Of a stretch of DNA of 64,000 nucleotides, positions 20,321-31,574 are shown piece by piece (position 1 is the stretch's first letter; each line of letters begins with the position of its first letter). The position numbers were made by a program, and so were the translations under genes. Origin of the DNA: a virus (taxonomy: Duplodnaviria; Caudoviricetes); IMG/VR virus record IMGVR_UViG_3300029967_000162, positions 1-64,000 of that record. One strand, given 5' to 3'. The notes under the pieces were generated by a model. It did no database searches. It worked only from the letters and a program-made list of their open reading frames with translations, and was not told the origin of the DNA.

Positions 20321-21733
20321 TTATGTGGATAACTTAAACAAAGTATAATCTAATGTAACTATGCTTTGTCTAGAGCTAAGCCTGAAAGACTCTAGAATGA
20401 ACCTATCTAGAGGAACTCGATATAAATTTTTCGAGTTCTTTATATCCATGTATGCTTGGAACAAGTCCTTGACTTTCCCAACTAAGCTAAATTCTTCCAA
20501 CGACTTAGCCCAGTCAGTCTTGAAAGTTTCAAGACTTGGCCAAAGAATGCATTTCTTTGTTTCTTTGTTCTTTCTAATGTATTGACTTACAAACTCATAA
20601 GCTCTTCTACCTATCTCAAAGGCTGAAAGGCACATGTCTGGCATGTCTAGTCTCCTAAACAAGAAGTTGCCAACAAATGATGAGTAGTTTGGCATGACTT
20701 CTTGGAAGTGAATGCCTGCAATATTGCATCTCTTCTGAATGTTATTGAAGAGTATAGCCCTATTTCAGCAATTGTTGCAAAGCCTGTTGAACTTTCTACC
20801 TTTGCCTTTGCCTGAAGACTTGATATTTAGATCTTCAATGCCAAAGATAGAGCATTGATAATATGCTGCCTTGTTGACAAGCCACTTGCAAGCTTGAAGA
20901 AGCTCATGTTTTCTCTTGTTATTTAAGTGTATGCTCTTAGGATCTTCACTTGAAGCCTCTAGGCTTTCTTGCTTGTCATTCAAAGCTTTGAAGTCAACAA
21001 CCCCATGGTCAATGATCTTGTAGCTTGACTCACTCTTCCACTCAGTGCAGCACCATCCAATGTAGTTTGGGTTCAAGTCAACACTGAACACCGTGTCCTG
21101 CCTTGTCTTGACTTGCACTTCATCTTTTAGAATCTTCTCATCAAAGCAAAGCCAGATGAAGTCTTTAGAGATTCTATATGTGATTGGCAATGCTCTTCCT
21201 TCTTGTGCAATGAAGAGCTTCTTCAAAAGCTTCTTCCTTGAGTCAGAGACCTCAAGCATGAGATGGAGGTCTTTAGTTGGCTTGAAGAGTATGTGCTTCA
21301 AGCCCTCTTGGATCTGGAACTTCTGGTTGCCTTTTCTAAGAGAATCTCCTATTGAGAATAAAGGATGTAATCTTAAAGATCTGATTTCATCTTTAGAAAT
21401 TAAACCTTTTTGTCTTAATAAAATATTCTTCTTTCCTCCAAAGCAGACTTTCTTTTTCTTGCTTGTCAGCTGGACAAAAGCTCAAGCTTCAGAGATTGCT
21501 TGTTGCCTGAAGAAGTAGCCTGACTCACCAATGATGAGCTCTATGTTATTTAAAGAGTTGAGCTTTTGGTTCAGCTCAGAGTCTTTTAAGAGAAGCTTTG
21601 TCTTTGTGATCTCTTGATGCTCAAATATGTAGTTGTATGCAACATGGAATGCTGAAGTGTATTGCTTGACATATTTTGCAATGACTTCAGCATCTTCAGT
21701 TGACACTTTGTATTTGAGCTTAAGTGTGATCAT
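20321..21733 (-). mobile_element. tnpB: TnpB-family RNA-guided nuclease (IS607/IS200-605 type), no adjacent TnpA
   Basis: MITLKLKY start; RuvC motifs VDLNP, IEDL, PDM; in-frame TGAs at 21482 and 20765; 470 aa. Confidence 0.85.
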
Positions 21734-21758
21734 CTCATTATTTATTGCTATTTTATCT

Positions 21759-23003
21759 TTATAGCTCAACGACTTTGTTGATTCTCTGGCATTCTCTGTT
21801 GAAGACCTTCTTTGCATAGATGTCAGATCTCTGCATGCTCTCATCCCAGTCTGGGTCATCATATCCCTTCTCTAAGAGCTTCTCATGCACAGCTTTGTCA
21901 TACTTCCAATAGAGCAGCCTGCACACCCTCTGTATCTCTCTGTTCCTGACTGCCTGTGTGCTGCCACCAAGGTGTTGGTAGTACAAGCACTTAGGTATCT
22001 TCACCATGACACCATCATTGAGGAATGTCCTTATGATGATGTCCATGTCATCTAGCACAGAGAGGTTAGTGAGATGCCCATTGATCTTGTGGTAGAAGCT
22101 CTTCCTCCATGCACGCAAGTGGTTCGGCTGGTAGTAGATTGTCCTGATTGACTTGTAGTTGATGTCATTGCTCAAGTACTCATTGAACTCTACACCATTG
22201 TAAGTTGCCTTTCCATATTCTGGCTTGAGAGCCATGCCTGATGTCTCTGCATCTCCATACCATACTGACCTTGTGTCTCCATCATAGAGCTCCAAGCAGT
22301 CAGAGTAGATGAAGTCTGCATCTGGGAACTGCTCAAGAGCCTTGCACATGCACTCTAGCATAGCTGGATCTGCATCATCATCATGATCTATCTCTATAAG
22401 CCAGTCACCATCAGCTGCCATTGCCACAGCATGCTTGTTGAAGCCGATCACACCATGGTCTGTGACATTCTTGATGATGTGGATTCGTGGGTCCTTCTTG
22501 GCAACCAAGTAGCTAGATGGGCTCTTCTCATCATCAGAGCTGTCATCGATGATCCACCAGTTCCAGCTTGAGTATGTCTGCGCAACAAGAGAACTATAAA
22601 GTCTCTCTACCTGCCAAGTTGGTGTGTTGTAAGTCGATGTGAAGAATGAGAACACTGGTGAGTTCTTGTAGCTCTTGCGACCAATGTTGTATGTGAATGT
22701 GCTGATGATTGCATTGTTGATCTTGCCGATGTCATAGTCTTTGAACCACACCCAGCGCTTCCTCCACTCAAATGACATTCATGAGAGGTCTGGCGCAGCT
22801 CTGCCCACTGTGATGATGATGTCCGGCTCTCTGAACTCTGTGAGCTTCTCTAAGATGTGTGATGCATCTTCTATCACACAGACATTGTACTCACACTCTT
22901 GCCAATCTGGGTTGCAGCACCATCTAGAGTTCAAGACTTCTGGTGAGTAGTCATGAGACTCTGCCTGTGAGTCTATTATGAGTGCACTTATTCGTTCTTG
23001 CAT
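21759..23003 (-). CDS. Glycosyltransferase family 2
   Basis: FTSTYNT, IIDDSSD, EIDHDD, DDMDI; TGA 22779 joins the N-terminal ORF. Confidence 0.88.
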
Positions 23004-23105
23004 GGCCTAGTTCTATCATTTTCACTATTACAAAAAAGACATCTCTTAAAATCTAAAGTTTCCTACTTCAAATTTTAAGAGATGACTTCAACTATGTCTT
23101 CTGAC

Positions 23106-23453
23106 TTAGTGCCTTCTTAAGTGTTCAAATGACTTTCTTTTCATCAACTCATTTCGAGCACTTCGAGAACTTCTAAGCATCTCCTTCCAGTCTTCTACAG
23201 ACTCACCTGGATATCTCTTCCACCAATATTCAATGACAAAGTCTTCACTCCATGGATCAAATGGACTTGCACAACTTAATGAGAAATAACACATTATTGC
23301 AAAGAAGAAGGCGACAATCACAGGACAAATAAGCCAAGTGTGATTTGCCATGAGATAGAATAATCCAATGAAAGCACCAATGATGAGCCCCGCAAATATA
23401 ACTGTACCGACGCCAATCAAGATGTTGCCAACTAATGAGTTAGGTGTGTTCAT
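23106..23453 (-). CDS. Small membrane protein (2 TM)
   Basis: Two hydrophobic segments. Confidence 0.65.
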   Translation of the reverse strand: MNTPNSLVGNILIGVGTVIFAGLIIGAFIGLFYLMANHTWLICPVIVAFFFAIMCYFSLSCASPFDPWSEDFVIEYWWKRYPGESVEDWKEMLRSSRSARNELMKRKSFEHLRRH

Positions 23454-23457
23454 TATT

Positions 23458-23637
23458 TTAAAGATTTAATTGTGAAACTTCTTCTCTTGCACTCTCAAGC
23501 AATGACTTCCAATCATTTGCATATCTAGTGCTTGTGACTTTCTTGCCTTTCATGATGTCAAGCTCATAGAAAGTCAAGCTTTCATCAACTGATGCCTTCT
23601 TCCTAATCAAAGGATTATAGTAATATTTCTGTCTCAT
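23458..23637 (-). CDS. Small hypothetical protein
   Basis: MRQKYY ORF in tight operon spacing. Confidence 0.5.
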   Translation of the reverse strand: MRQKYYYNPLIRKKASVDESLTFYELDIMKGKKVTSTRYANDWKSLLESAREEVSQLNL

Positions 23638-23642
23638 AGTCT

Positions 23643-23873
23643 TTAGTCTTCTAAGAGTGTCAAGAACTCCTCCCATCCAGAAGGATTATCTATGATGTTG
23701 AACTTGTTGTCTGGCAATGAGAACCAGACATCATTTGCAATCTGCAAGAGCTTATACTCATCTCTCATCATTGCTGCTGAGACCATTTCGTCTAAGGTCT
23801 CATTCCCAAAGTACTCAGGAATGAACCAAAAGAGCTCAACATTCTCAAGAAAGTAGTCGCATTTTGTTTTCAT
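23643..23873 (-). CDS. Small hypothetical early protein
   Basis: ORF directly downstream of a Bacteroidota-type promoter. Confidence 0.6.
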   Translation of the reverse strand: MKTKCDYFLENVELFWFIPEYFGNETLDEMVSAAMMRDEYKLLQIANDVWFSLPDNKFNIIDNPSGWEEFLTLLED

Positions 23874-23893
23874 GTCTTGTTTGTTTTTTGTCA

Positions 23894-23918
23894 TTGCAAA
23901 TATAACACAAACTTTCGA
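23894..23918 (-). promoter_or_regulatory. Bacteroidota sigma-A type promoter (TAnnTTTGCA)
   Basis: tcgaaagtttgtgttatatttgcaa on - strand; the same 25-mer occurs at 38316-38340 (+). Confidence 0.7.
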
Positions 23919-24068
23919 GACTTGAAAATTTTTTTGAAGAAATTTGTGAAAGTTTTAGAGATCCTTAGATAGATTGATTTGCACTGTGTGACCCTAAACT
24001 AAAATCCTCTGAAGATTTGTCATCTCCAGAGGATTGACTTACAATTGCTTATACTTGCAATCTATCTC

Positions 24069-24707
24069 TTACTCCTTCTCATAGACCTTACCGGAGTATG
24101 CACCAACAGCAACATAGAGACCTTCACTATTGTTGCCAAAGATGTACTCAGGCTCTACTACACTAGGATAGAGTGCATGTCGGAGGGTCAAGACTCCAGT
24201 CTTAGGCTTCACGATGTCAGAAGCATAGAGGTTAGTGACTGCCTGTTCAAGAGTCATGAAGCTGCGTCCTTTGATGAGCCGATCTTCACACCATGGACTG
24301 TGCACCTCTTGCACAGATGGGTTGAGCTCGCTGTCAAATGTCACGACAAGAGTGCCGCACTCCTCAGCATATTCAGCTGCAAGAGTGTATACTTCAGTTG
24401 TGCTGTCAGCCTGCTCAACTACAAGCCCATCAGTCGGCACATCCTCATAGAGGTAGTAGTAGATGATGTTAGTCCCATCAGCTGGCACAAGAGCCTGGAT
24501 GTTGCCTTCACCATCTACATAGCAAGTCGTCTCTACTTCATAGAGAGTTGCAGAGTTGTAGCCAGCTACGACTGAGTCTGCAACTGCAAGAGCCTGTTCA
24601 AAAGTGTAGTATCCTTCAGGCACGACTTCGGTCTTCTTAGAGTTGTTGCATGAGCAGCTAACAATTGTTGCAAGTGCTGCACAGATTACAAAAAGCTTCT
24701 TAAACAT
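24069..24707 (-). CDS. Putative lipoprotein
   Basis: MFKKLFVICAALATIVS-C type II signal peptide; acidic mature part. Confidence 0.75.
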   Translation of the reverse strand: MFKKLFVICAALATIVSCSCNNSKKTEVVPEGYYTFEQALAVADSVVAGYNSATLYEVETTCYVDGEGNIQALVPADGTNIIYYYLYEDVPTDGLVVEQADSTTEVYTLAAEYAEECGTLVVTFDSELNPSVQEVHSPWCEDRLIKGRSFMTLEQAVTNLYASDIVKPKTGVLTLRHALYPSVVEPEYIFGNNSEGLYVAVGAYSGKVYEKE

Positions 24708-24739
24708 TTCTTAAAAATTTTAAGTTACAAATAGTTCCC

Positions 24740-24930
24740 AAGAAAGGTGGTTGGTCTTCAGCCAAGCACATGAATTGGGAACTTAAAGTTTATACTAAAT
24801 TTTCAAAATCTGTCTTGCCTTGGTTCTGTATGTACTTCTTGACAATGTCTTCATTGTTTATGCCAACTGTTGCAACAAAATAACCTCCTGTCCAAAGCTT
24901 CTTTTTCTTTCAATGATAACATAAAGTATT
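24740..24930 (-). pseudogene. tnpA: IS200/IS605 TnpA (Y1 transposase) C-terminal remnant with end hairpin
   Basis: YH*KKKKLWTGGYFVATVG..IVKKYIQNQ ending at TAA 24790, followed by attcat-gtgcttgg-ctgaaga-ccaaccac-ctttct, an IS200-like subterminal hairpin. Confidence 0.75.
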
Positions 24931-24940
24931 TAGAACATAA

Positions 24941-24967
24941 AGAGGACCTAATAAAATTAGGTCCTCT
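24941..24967. terminator. Hairpin after nrdD
   Basis: agaggacctaat-aaa-attaggtcctct. Confidence 0.65.
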
Positions 24968-24992
24968 AAATAAATGATTAGCAATTTAGTTA

Positions 24993-27317
24993 TTAAAAAT
25001 AGATTCGCTTCTTCTGTTCTTTCTGTCTTCCATCAGACCATGACTTAATCTTTGTGAGGTATCCAATTGGACGATCATATAAGTCTATCCTTTCAGATCC
25101 ACAAACTGGGCACTTAGTTATTGGAACTTTTGTAATATATTGACAATCGCAACACTCAGAATTTGGTATATTAAAAGTAATATAACTTGTTCCATTCTCA
25201 GCAGCAAAAGTCAGAAGCTTCTCATATTGTGGCTCTGTGAGATGCTCACTTAAGTTGAGGTGCGCTGCTGACCCACCATCAAGATAGTCACCAATGTAGT
25301 CTCTTCCATGCAAGACGATGTTGTCAAGGATAGACTTTGAGTCATAAGGCTTGAATACATAGCTAGTGTAGAGATTGATGTCTTTAGGCACTACATATCC
25401 ATCTGCTTTGTCCCAATTGTAGTTCTTCAACCCTAGACTTTCTCCTGGAACTAGCTCTGTGTTAAATTTTGTCTTGTCTGAAAGATGCTTCTCATTTTGT
25501 TCTTTTACGCAAGAGAATATCCTCTGACAGAACTTGCTATATGTTTCATTTGGCGACACATCAATCTTCAAGTAGTCTGCAGCGGCAGTGAGGCCATTCA
25601 AGCCAATTGTCAAATATTGCTTGTTGAGGTCTATGAATCCCGCCTTGTAAGCTGGCAACAAGTCCGCACTGTACATGTCCCAAAGGAGCTCATTGTAAGC
25701 AGTCTGATACTTGTATACTCGTTCAAGTATCTTTGTAAGATATGTTTCAAAAGACATTGTGCCTACACTTGCATCATCAACAGTTGTATTGAACACTTCA
25801 AGAGACTTCTTAGTTGAGTTGCAAGACCTGACATAGTTCTGTATGATCCTGTTGAGGTTCAATGAGATGACACTCTTGCTTCCAGTAAGAAGCCCCATAT
25901 TTCCTAGGGTATAGTTGAATTCTTTGGTTTGAATCTTGCTTTTAAGACGGCAACAGCTCGATAGGCTATCAGCTGTGTCGCTGATGTACAAGAAGAATGA
26001 GTTGCCTTCTGCATACTCTTGGCAGATGAACTTGAATGTGTCTTCATCCTGGAACTTTCCATCTATGTAGAGCACCGCATAGCTTACGACTGGGAATGTC
26101 AAGATGCACTTAAGACGCTCTTGGTTGAACCAGTGAAGGAAGTGCTGCTGGAGCCAGTTGAGTGAGCTTCAAGTCGGAGCTGTTCCATCTGGGAACCTGA
26201 ACTCACCAAACATCGCCTCAAAATAGCCTTTGTCAAAGAGTGAGAAGTTTGTGAATGCAGACTGTGAGCCACGAGAAGCTGCTGGCTGGTTGATGCTGTA
26301 GATGACTTGCTGAAGAGACTGGTTGATCTTGCCAAGTGTGGTGCGAGAGTTGTCAGAGAGCTTCTCATCTGGATTCTCTACATCAAGCAGGTTATTTGCA
26401 AGCTCTACTGCTTCTCTCATCTTTGTGGAAGTGCAGATGTACGGCTTTGGGGTCTCAGCTATTGCTCTGAGCTCCGCCAAGCTCTGCACTCCTAAGCCAG
26501 TGATCTCTCTAAGCTTCCTGAGCTTAGAGCCACAAGTGACAAAGTCTCCAAGCCTAGATGTGTAGTCTTCTCCAAACTCTCTTCTTGTGAAGTAGTCAAA
26601 GTACATCAAGAACTCTGATGTTGCAACAGCACCAGCAAACTGAGCACTTATTGCAAAGATGAGGTTGATGTAGATTCCACAGAAAGAATCAAGGTTCTTT
26701 GGAGTCGCTGACAATCCTCCAAGCTTCTTGATTCCATCTATCAAGAATGGATACATTGAGATAGAGCTACAGTATGGAGCGATTGCTCCAGCAAATGAAG
26801 ACTCGTCATGCTTGTAGATTATATGGTTGTTGAGGTCTTCTTCATACTGCTTAGGCTCAAAGTCTGGATATAGCTGTGAGAGCTTGTCCATGATCATGCG
26901 ACGAGAGATCTGGATGTTGTCTTCTTTGTGGATTTCACTGTTAAGGCAGGAAATATTCTTTGAAGTCACATTAGCATTGTCATCAATCGTAGAGTTTGCG
27001 TTGTTGCTTGACTGCTTGTACTTGTTTATGAATTCAATCTTCTTCTTTGTCCAGTCTCTGAGCTGTGTGTGCTTCTCTCTGTAGATGATGAAGTGCTTTG
27101 CCGTCTCAACGTAGCCAGCTCGCATCAAGAATGCCTCAACTTTGTCCTGTATGTAATCTATTGGATAGTTCTCTTCACTCTTGAACTCAACAACAAACTC
27201 TTTGACTTGCTGTTGGTCTAGCACCTCATCAGTCTCTGCATTAGCTCGCTTTATAGCATTTGTGATCTTTGCAGCACTGAATTGCTGTATCTTGCCGTTT
27301 CGTTTTATTACACCCAT
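24993..27317 (-). CDS. nrdD: Anaerobic (class III) ribonucleoside-triphosphate reductase
   Basis: ATP-cone, YKHDE, APYC, LSSCCRL, LTIGLNG, Zn-binding C-x-x-C pairs, RPIGY glycyl radical; joined by TGA 26169 (774 aa). Confidence 0.95.
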
Positions 27318-27359
27318 ATATTGCCTTTATGATTTGTTTCAAGATCTAGTTTTATATGA

Positions 27360-28397
27360 TTATCTCACATCACAGACTTCATCTAAAGACCTTAAAATCT
27401 TCAAGAATGGTCGATTGCTTCTAAAAGATGAGATGTTTGGTCTTCACCAAAAGCTTGGAGTGCTCCCCTTTAAGAACCTTTCATCAATCTTCTTCAATTC
27501 TTCCTTTCTTCTTTCTTTTTCTTTAGTGATTCTGTCTTGCTCTCCTTTTATTATAGCCTTGACATTCTTTTCATATCTTTCCATCAACTTCAATGATGTT
27601 GTCTTGAAATATAACTTGAAGGATTTCCAATCATTCAGCCAAGTCCTCTTTGTTCCTTCCTTGAAGCATCCTTTCATGACAACTTCAAACTCCCATCTCT
27701 CAATAAACTCATAGTCTCTGAAGAATGCTTTGAAGTGTTCAAGATTCTCAAATGCTTTAGTGTCTTCATATCTTGCTTGCAACTCTTGGTCCAAGACTAA
27801 AGACATCTCTTCACTAGTGAATGCATTTCTTTCTGATGGGTCCCAAAGAGTGTACAATATTGTACACATTGTTGCAATGAATTGATTTCTTTGATGTTTG
27901 TTGAATGTATCTATCAAGCTATCAAGATCTATGATTGACATGCTTGCATCCATTTGCACATAGCCATCTGCTGACTTGTCTTCACGGCTTTTCATTCTTT
28001 CTAGTTTTTCATATAGATGGTTGAGTTCATGCATGAGGGTTGTTCTTATCTTTTTCTCATTTACATCATCAACGGGAATCTCAAGAAAGATTATAGCTCC
28101 ATAGATGCTTGGAGCATTCATATCAACATGCCATTCATACTCATCATTGAAGCCAGACTTTGCAAAATGCTCAGCCCCAGGAGAGGTGAACTTCACTTCT
28201 ATGCATATCTTTGGAAAGTCTTTTTGGATTGTGTTCATTGTGCATCTGTCTGGAACAACAACACAATCTTCATCCATGTGCATCCTATGATATTGCAGTA
28301 TCCATGATGTGACCCAACATATGTCATCCCAATACTTGTAAGCTGCTGCATGAAGCTTCTCAAGCAATTCACTTCTCTTGTACCTCTTGGTTATCAT
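27360..28397 (-). CDS. HExxH family paralogue 4
   Basis: AAAYKYWDDI, MHELNH, YTLWDPSERNAF; terminal TGA 27444 read through to TAA 27360. Confidence 0.75.
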
Positions 28398-28426
28398 GTT
28401 TCAGAATTTAGTCGAAGTACCAAAAT

Positions 28427-28930
28427 TTATTTGCCAATCCCAACCACCTCAACAACTTTCAAAGCAACTTCTTGTGGACTAAGTCCATCAATGTCAACAA
28501 CATAATGAGCTAGCTCATAGATTTCTTTCCTTTCTTCAAAAAGTTCTTTTGTCTTTCCAGCTAAAGGCCTAGACTTATCCTCATCATGTAGTCTCTTCAC
28601 AACAGTCTCATAACTTATCTTCAAGAATACACACATGGTCTTTGCAAGCACCAAGTCTCTAGCTTCTTCAGAGATGACAGTTCCACCACCTAAAGAGAGC
28701 ACAACTAAATCTTCATCCTTAATCTCTTCTAGAACTTCTTTCAAAGTCTCGAGCTCTATCTTCCTGAACTTCTCTTCACCTCCATTTGAAAAAATTTCTA
28801 GTATGCTCTGTCCACTTCTGTTGACAATCTCCTGGTCTAAGTCGGCAACTTTGCAACTCAGCATCTTGCCGAGTTCTCTTGCGACTGTGCTCTTTCCAGC
28901 ACACATGAAACCAACTAATGATATTATCAT
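28427..28930 (-). CDS. aroK: Shikimate kinase
   Basis: GFMCAGKS, DLD, IF..GEEKFR..E, SLGGG, RPL, ERK.IYE. Confidence 0.88.
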   Translation of the reverse strand: MIISLVGFMCAGKSTVARELGKMLSCKVADLDQEIVNRSGQSILEIFSNGGEEKFRKIELETLKEVLEEIKDEDLVVLSLGGGTVISEEARDLVLAKTMCVFLKISYETVVKRLHDEDKSRPLAGKTKELFEERKEIYELAHYVVDIDGLSPQEVALKVVEVVGIGK

Positions 28931-28934
28931 TTCT

Positions 28935-29435
28935 CTAGAATAGCGCTTCTGTTAGACTTCCTATGCTTGAAGGCTTCTTCCTTTTCTGCTCTTCTATCAT
29001 CCTCAATGACAGCTCTCTGCATTGCCCATCTTGCAAGTACTTGTTCAGCAAGGCTCTCAACACTTTGCGCTGCAGCTCTGCTCGTGAGGTGTCATCTCTT
29101 GTCATGAACACCACCACATCATACTTCTGAGCATAGACTACCAAGAAAGTCTGGATCCAAGCTTTCCAGTCATGGGACTTTGCCTTAGTCTCTATCATCC
29201 CTTCAGTCATCTCTTTGAGGTACTTCTCAGCAAACTCTCTGTCATCTTCTAGCTTGTATGTCTCCAGAGATGGATACAAGAAGTTGGTTCGCTTGAGCTC
29301 TAAGTTTGGGAACCTGAGCCACTCATCCCCAACCTTCAAGTCTTCTGGCAGCAGCTTCCATGGTGTGATGTTCACACAGAGCCAATCTCTTGGGATGCTT
29401 GTGTAGAGTGTTGATTGTGCAGTGTAGAAGTCCAT
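28935..29435 (-). CDS. Hypothetical protein (possibly DUF488-like)
   Basis: Likely start MDFYTAQ; divergent from the next gene. Confidence 0.55.
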   Translation of the reverse strand: MDFYTAQSTLYTSIPRDWLCVNITPWKLLPEDLKVGDEWLRFPNLELKRTNFLYPSLETYKLEDDREFAEKYLKEMTEGMIETKAKSHDWKAWIQTFLVVYAQKYDVVVFMTRDDTSRAELQRKVLRALLNKYLQDGQCRELSLRMIEEQKRKKPSSIGSLTEALF

Positions 29436-29528
29436 TTGTACAGCCCTCCTGTTAATATGAGAACAATACTTTATAAGACTTGCCTTTGCCTTTTTCTTAA
29501 AATTGAAAAGTGCAAACACATCAACACC

Positions 29529-30731
29529 ATGATACAGAAAGAGTACAATGACCCTGAGAAGTTCATCACAGAGAATCCTGATGGGATGCTCCTGTCAACA
29601 AAGACAAAAGACCTCATCAGAGAGTGTGCAAGGCTCATACCTGAAGAGTATGGCAAGCTCTATATCATAGACTTCAAGGAGGTCCACAATGATGATCTGA
29701 AGATGCCACTCTGGGAGCTTGACAAAGAGAAGATATACTTCCCATGTGTCATTGAGAAAGTCGCAAAGATAGAGTCACCAATATATGACGACACAATATA
29801 TGAGACTCTTGAGAAGTTTTACAGCTATGATGGGTACAACTCAGCAGAGAACTTCTGGAATGGTCTCTTGAAAGTTAAGGAGTATTTCACAGAGAAGTAC
29901 AGTTGGTGGTTCAAGCAGAGAGAGCAATGCCCTTTTGTCAGGATCTGGGAGTCTTACCACAAAGAAGAGCTAGTTGAGAAGTTCCATATACAGAAGACTG
30001 ATAAAGTCACCCCATACTTCACGAATGACTTGGCTGAGGCAGAGCACAGCATCAACTTCCTCAACCCATATTGGAGTGAGCTTGTGACACTCTACAGAGT
30101 CTGGAAGTGTGGATGGAAGAGCGACATAGTTGGGTTCCAGCATTACCGTCGCAGGTTTGCTACAATCCCAGACAAAGTCAATGAAGGTGAAGCCTACATC
30201 ATGAAGTTCAACTACTTCACCAGAGACCAAGATCCTGTTGATCCAACTAGGTGGTGGGTGAACATACATGAGACAGCTGATGAGCAGGAAGCAATCGCTC
30301 ACGGACAAATGACTGTGTATGACCAGTTCAAGATGCGACATGGAGAGAAATACATAGACAAGGCAATCGAAGTGATGCAAAGAGACTTTGCTGGATGCAA
30401 CAGACAATGCATTGACTATCTCAAGCGCTCTAATGTGCTTGTGCCTTGGTGCTCATTCATCATGAGCTGGGATGACTTCTGTAGCCTAGCTCATTGGCTG
30501 TTTGGTGTGCTTGGCAAGCTGATGGAAGACATGCAGCTCAGCCTCAGCCTTGAAGCGTACAAGTGCAGGTTCAAAGAAGAGTATGGAGATGACAAGTATC
30601 AATGGAGGATGTTCTCATTCCTTGGTGAACGCCTCATCTCTGCATACCTTTACACAAACTTCAAGTGCATTCCGCTGAATGGAGATGTAAAAGAGTCATA
30701 CATATTCAAAGACAACTATTACAATGAATAG
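29529..30731 (+). CDS. DUF4422-like glycan biosynthesis/glycosyltransferase protein
   Basis: INFLNPYWSELVTLY.VWK, IVGFQHYRRRF, R..SFLGERLIS. Confidence 0.8.
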   Translation: MIQKEYNDPEKFITENPDGMLLSTKTKDLIRECARLIPEEYGKLYIIDFKEVHNDDLKMPLWELDKEKIYFPCVIEKVAKIESPIYDDTIYETLEKFYSYDGYNSAENFWNGLLKVKEYFTEKYSWWFKQREQCPFVRIWESYHKEELVEKFHIQKTDKVTPYFTNDLAEAEHSINFLNPYWSELVTLYRVWKCGWKSDIVGFQHYRRRFATIPDKVNEGEAYIMKFNYFTRDQDPVDPTRWWVNIHETADEQEAIAHGQMTVYDQFKMRHGEKYIDKAIEVMQRDFAGCNRQCIDYLKRSNVLVPWCSFIMSWDDFCSLAHWLFGVLGKLMEDMQLSLSLEAYKCRFKEEYGDDKYQWRMFSFLGERLISAYLYTNFKCIPLNGDVKESYIFKDNYYNE

Positions 30732-30737
30732 AGAGCT

Positions 30738-31568
30738 ATGGAGAATATCATAGAGAAGATCAACAGAGTGAACAGTGAGCAGTTTGCAGGAGTGAAGAGC
30801 ATTTCAGTGTCTAAGCTCATCAGCTACTGCCACAAAGAGTTTGACAAAGAAGGGGTTGCAAAGAAGACTTGGGAGAAGCACTTCAATGATGAGAGCTCTA
30901 AGTACTTCCAGAAGAGCCCTGAAGAGATAATAGAGATGTGGGAACGAAAGGCGGATGAGAGTAGGATGCATGGGTCATTGCTTGATGAATATGCTGAAGC
31001 TTGCCTTGAGCATAGAGATGACATGAAGATGAGAGAGCTCTGGAAGCTGGACCACAACATTGGTGGTGAAGATGAGAAGCTGAACAGTGTAGTGCAGGGC
31101 CTTGACCAGTTCTTGAGTGACATAAGCAAGTCTGGCATCATTGAGTATGTTGGGCGTGAAGTGCAGGTGTATGCTAAAGTTGGAGATGCAATAGTGAATG
31201 GAAGGCTTGACTGCTTGTTTGTGCACAAGCCTGCCGGCATCCCTATGGTAGTTGACTGGAAGACAAATGAGAAGATTGAAGAGAGCAACAAATTCAACAA
31301 GATGCTAGGACCATGCTACATGCTAGATGACTGCAACTTGAACCACTACTCTATGCAAGTCGGTATCTATCGCATGGCTCTTGCTCAGACATATAACTTA
31401 GGAAAGTTTGAAGGCATCAATGCATACATTGTGCAAGTTGGGTGTGAAGGCATGAATGGGAGGAAGTACAAAATTTGGAAGCCAGCGGAGAAAGTCAACA
31501 TAGACCTCATCAAGAAAACTGTTGACTTTGCTTGGCAGAAAGAACAAATTTTAAAAGACAAAGACTAA
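30738..31568 (+). CDS. PD-(D/E)XK (RecB/Cas4-like) nuclease
   Basis: SVSKLI, GSLLD, GRLDCL, VVDWKT, HYSMQVGIY. Confidence 0.8.
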   Translation: MENIIEKINRVNSEQFAGVKSISVSKLISYCHKEFDKEGVAKKTWEKHFNDESSKYFQKSPEEIIEMWERKADESRMHGSLLDEYAEACLEHRDDMKMRELWKLDHNIGGEDEKLNSVVQGLDQFLSDISKSGIIEYVGREVQVYAKVGDAIVNGRLDCLFVHKPAGIPMVVDWKTNEKIEESNKFNKMLGPCYMLDDCNLNHYSMQVGIYRMALAQTYNLGKFEGINAYIVQVGCEGMNGRKYKIWKPAEKVNIDLIKKTVDFAWQKEQILKDKD

Positions 31569-31574
31569 GAAGTC

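Noticed and set aside
26349-26534. Apparent insertion in NrdD starting with Cys and ending Asn-Ser, intein-like
   Set aside because: Only about 62 aa, with no penultimate His or block B motif; too short for a mini-intein
30738-31568. Cas4-like nuclease suggesting a CRISPR system
   Set aside because: No repeat-spacer array, no cas1/cas2 and no four-Cys Fe-S pattern seen; ordinary phage PD-(D/E)XK nuclease
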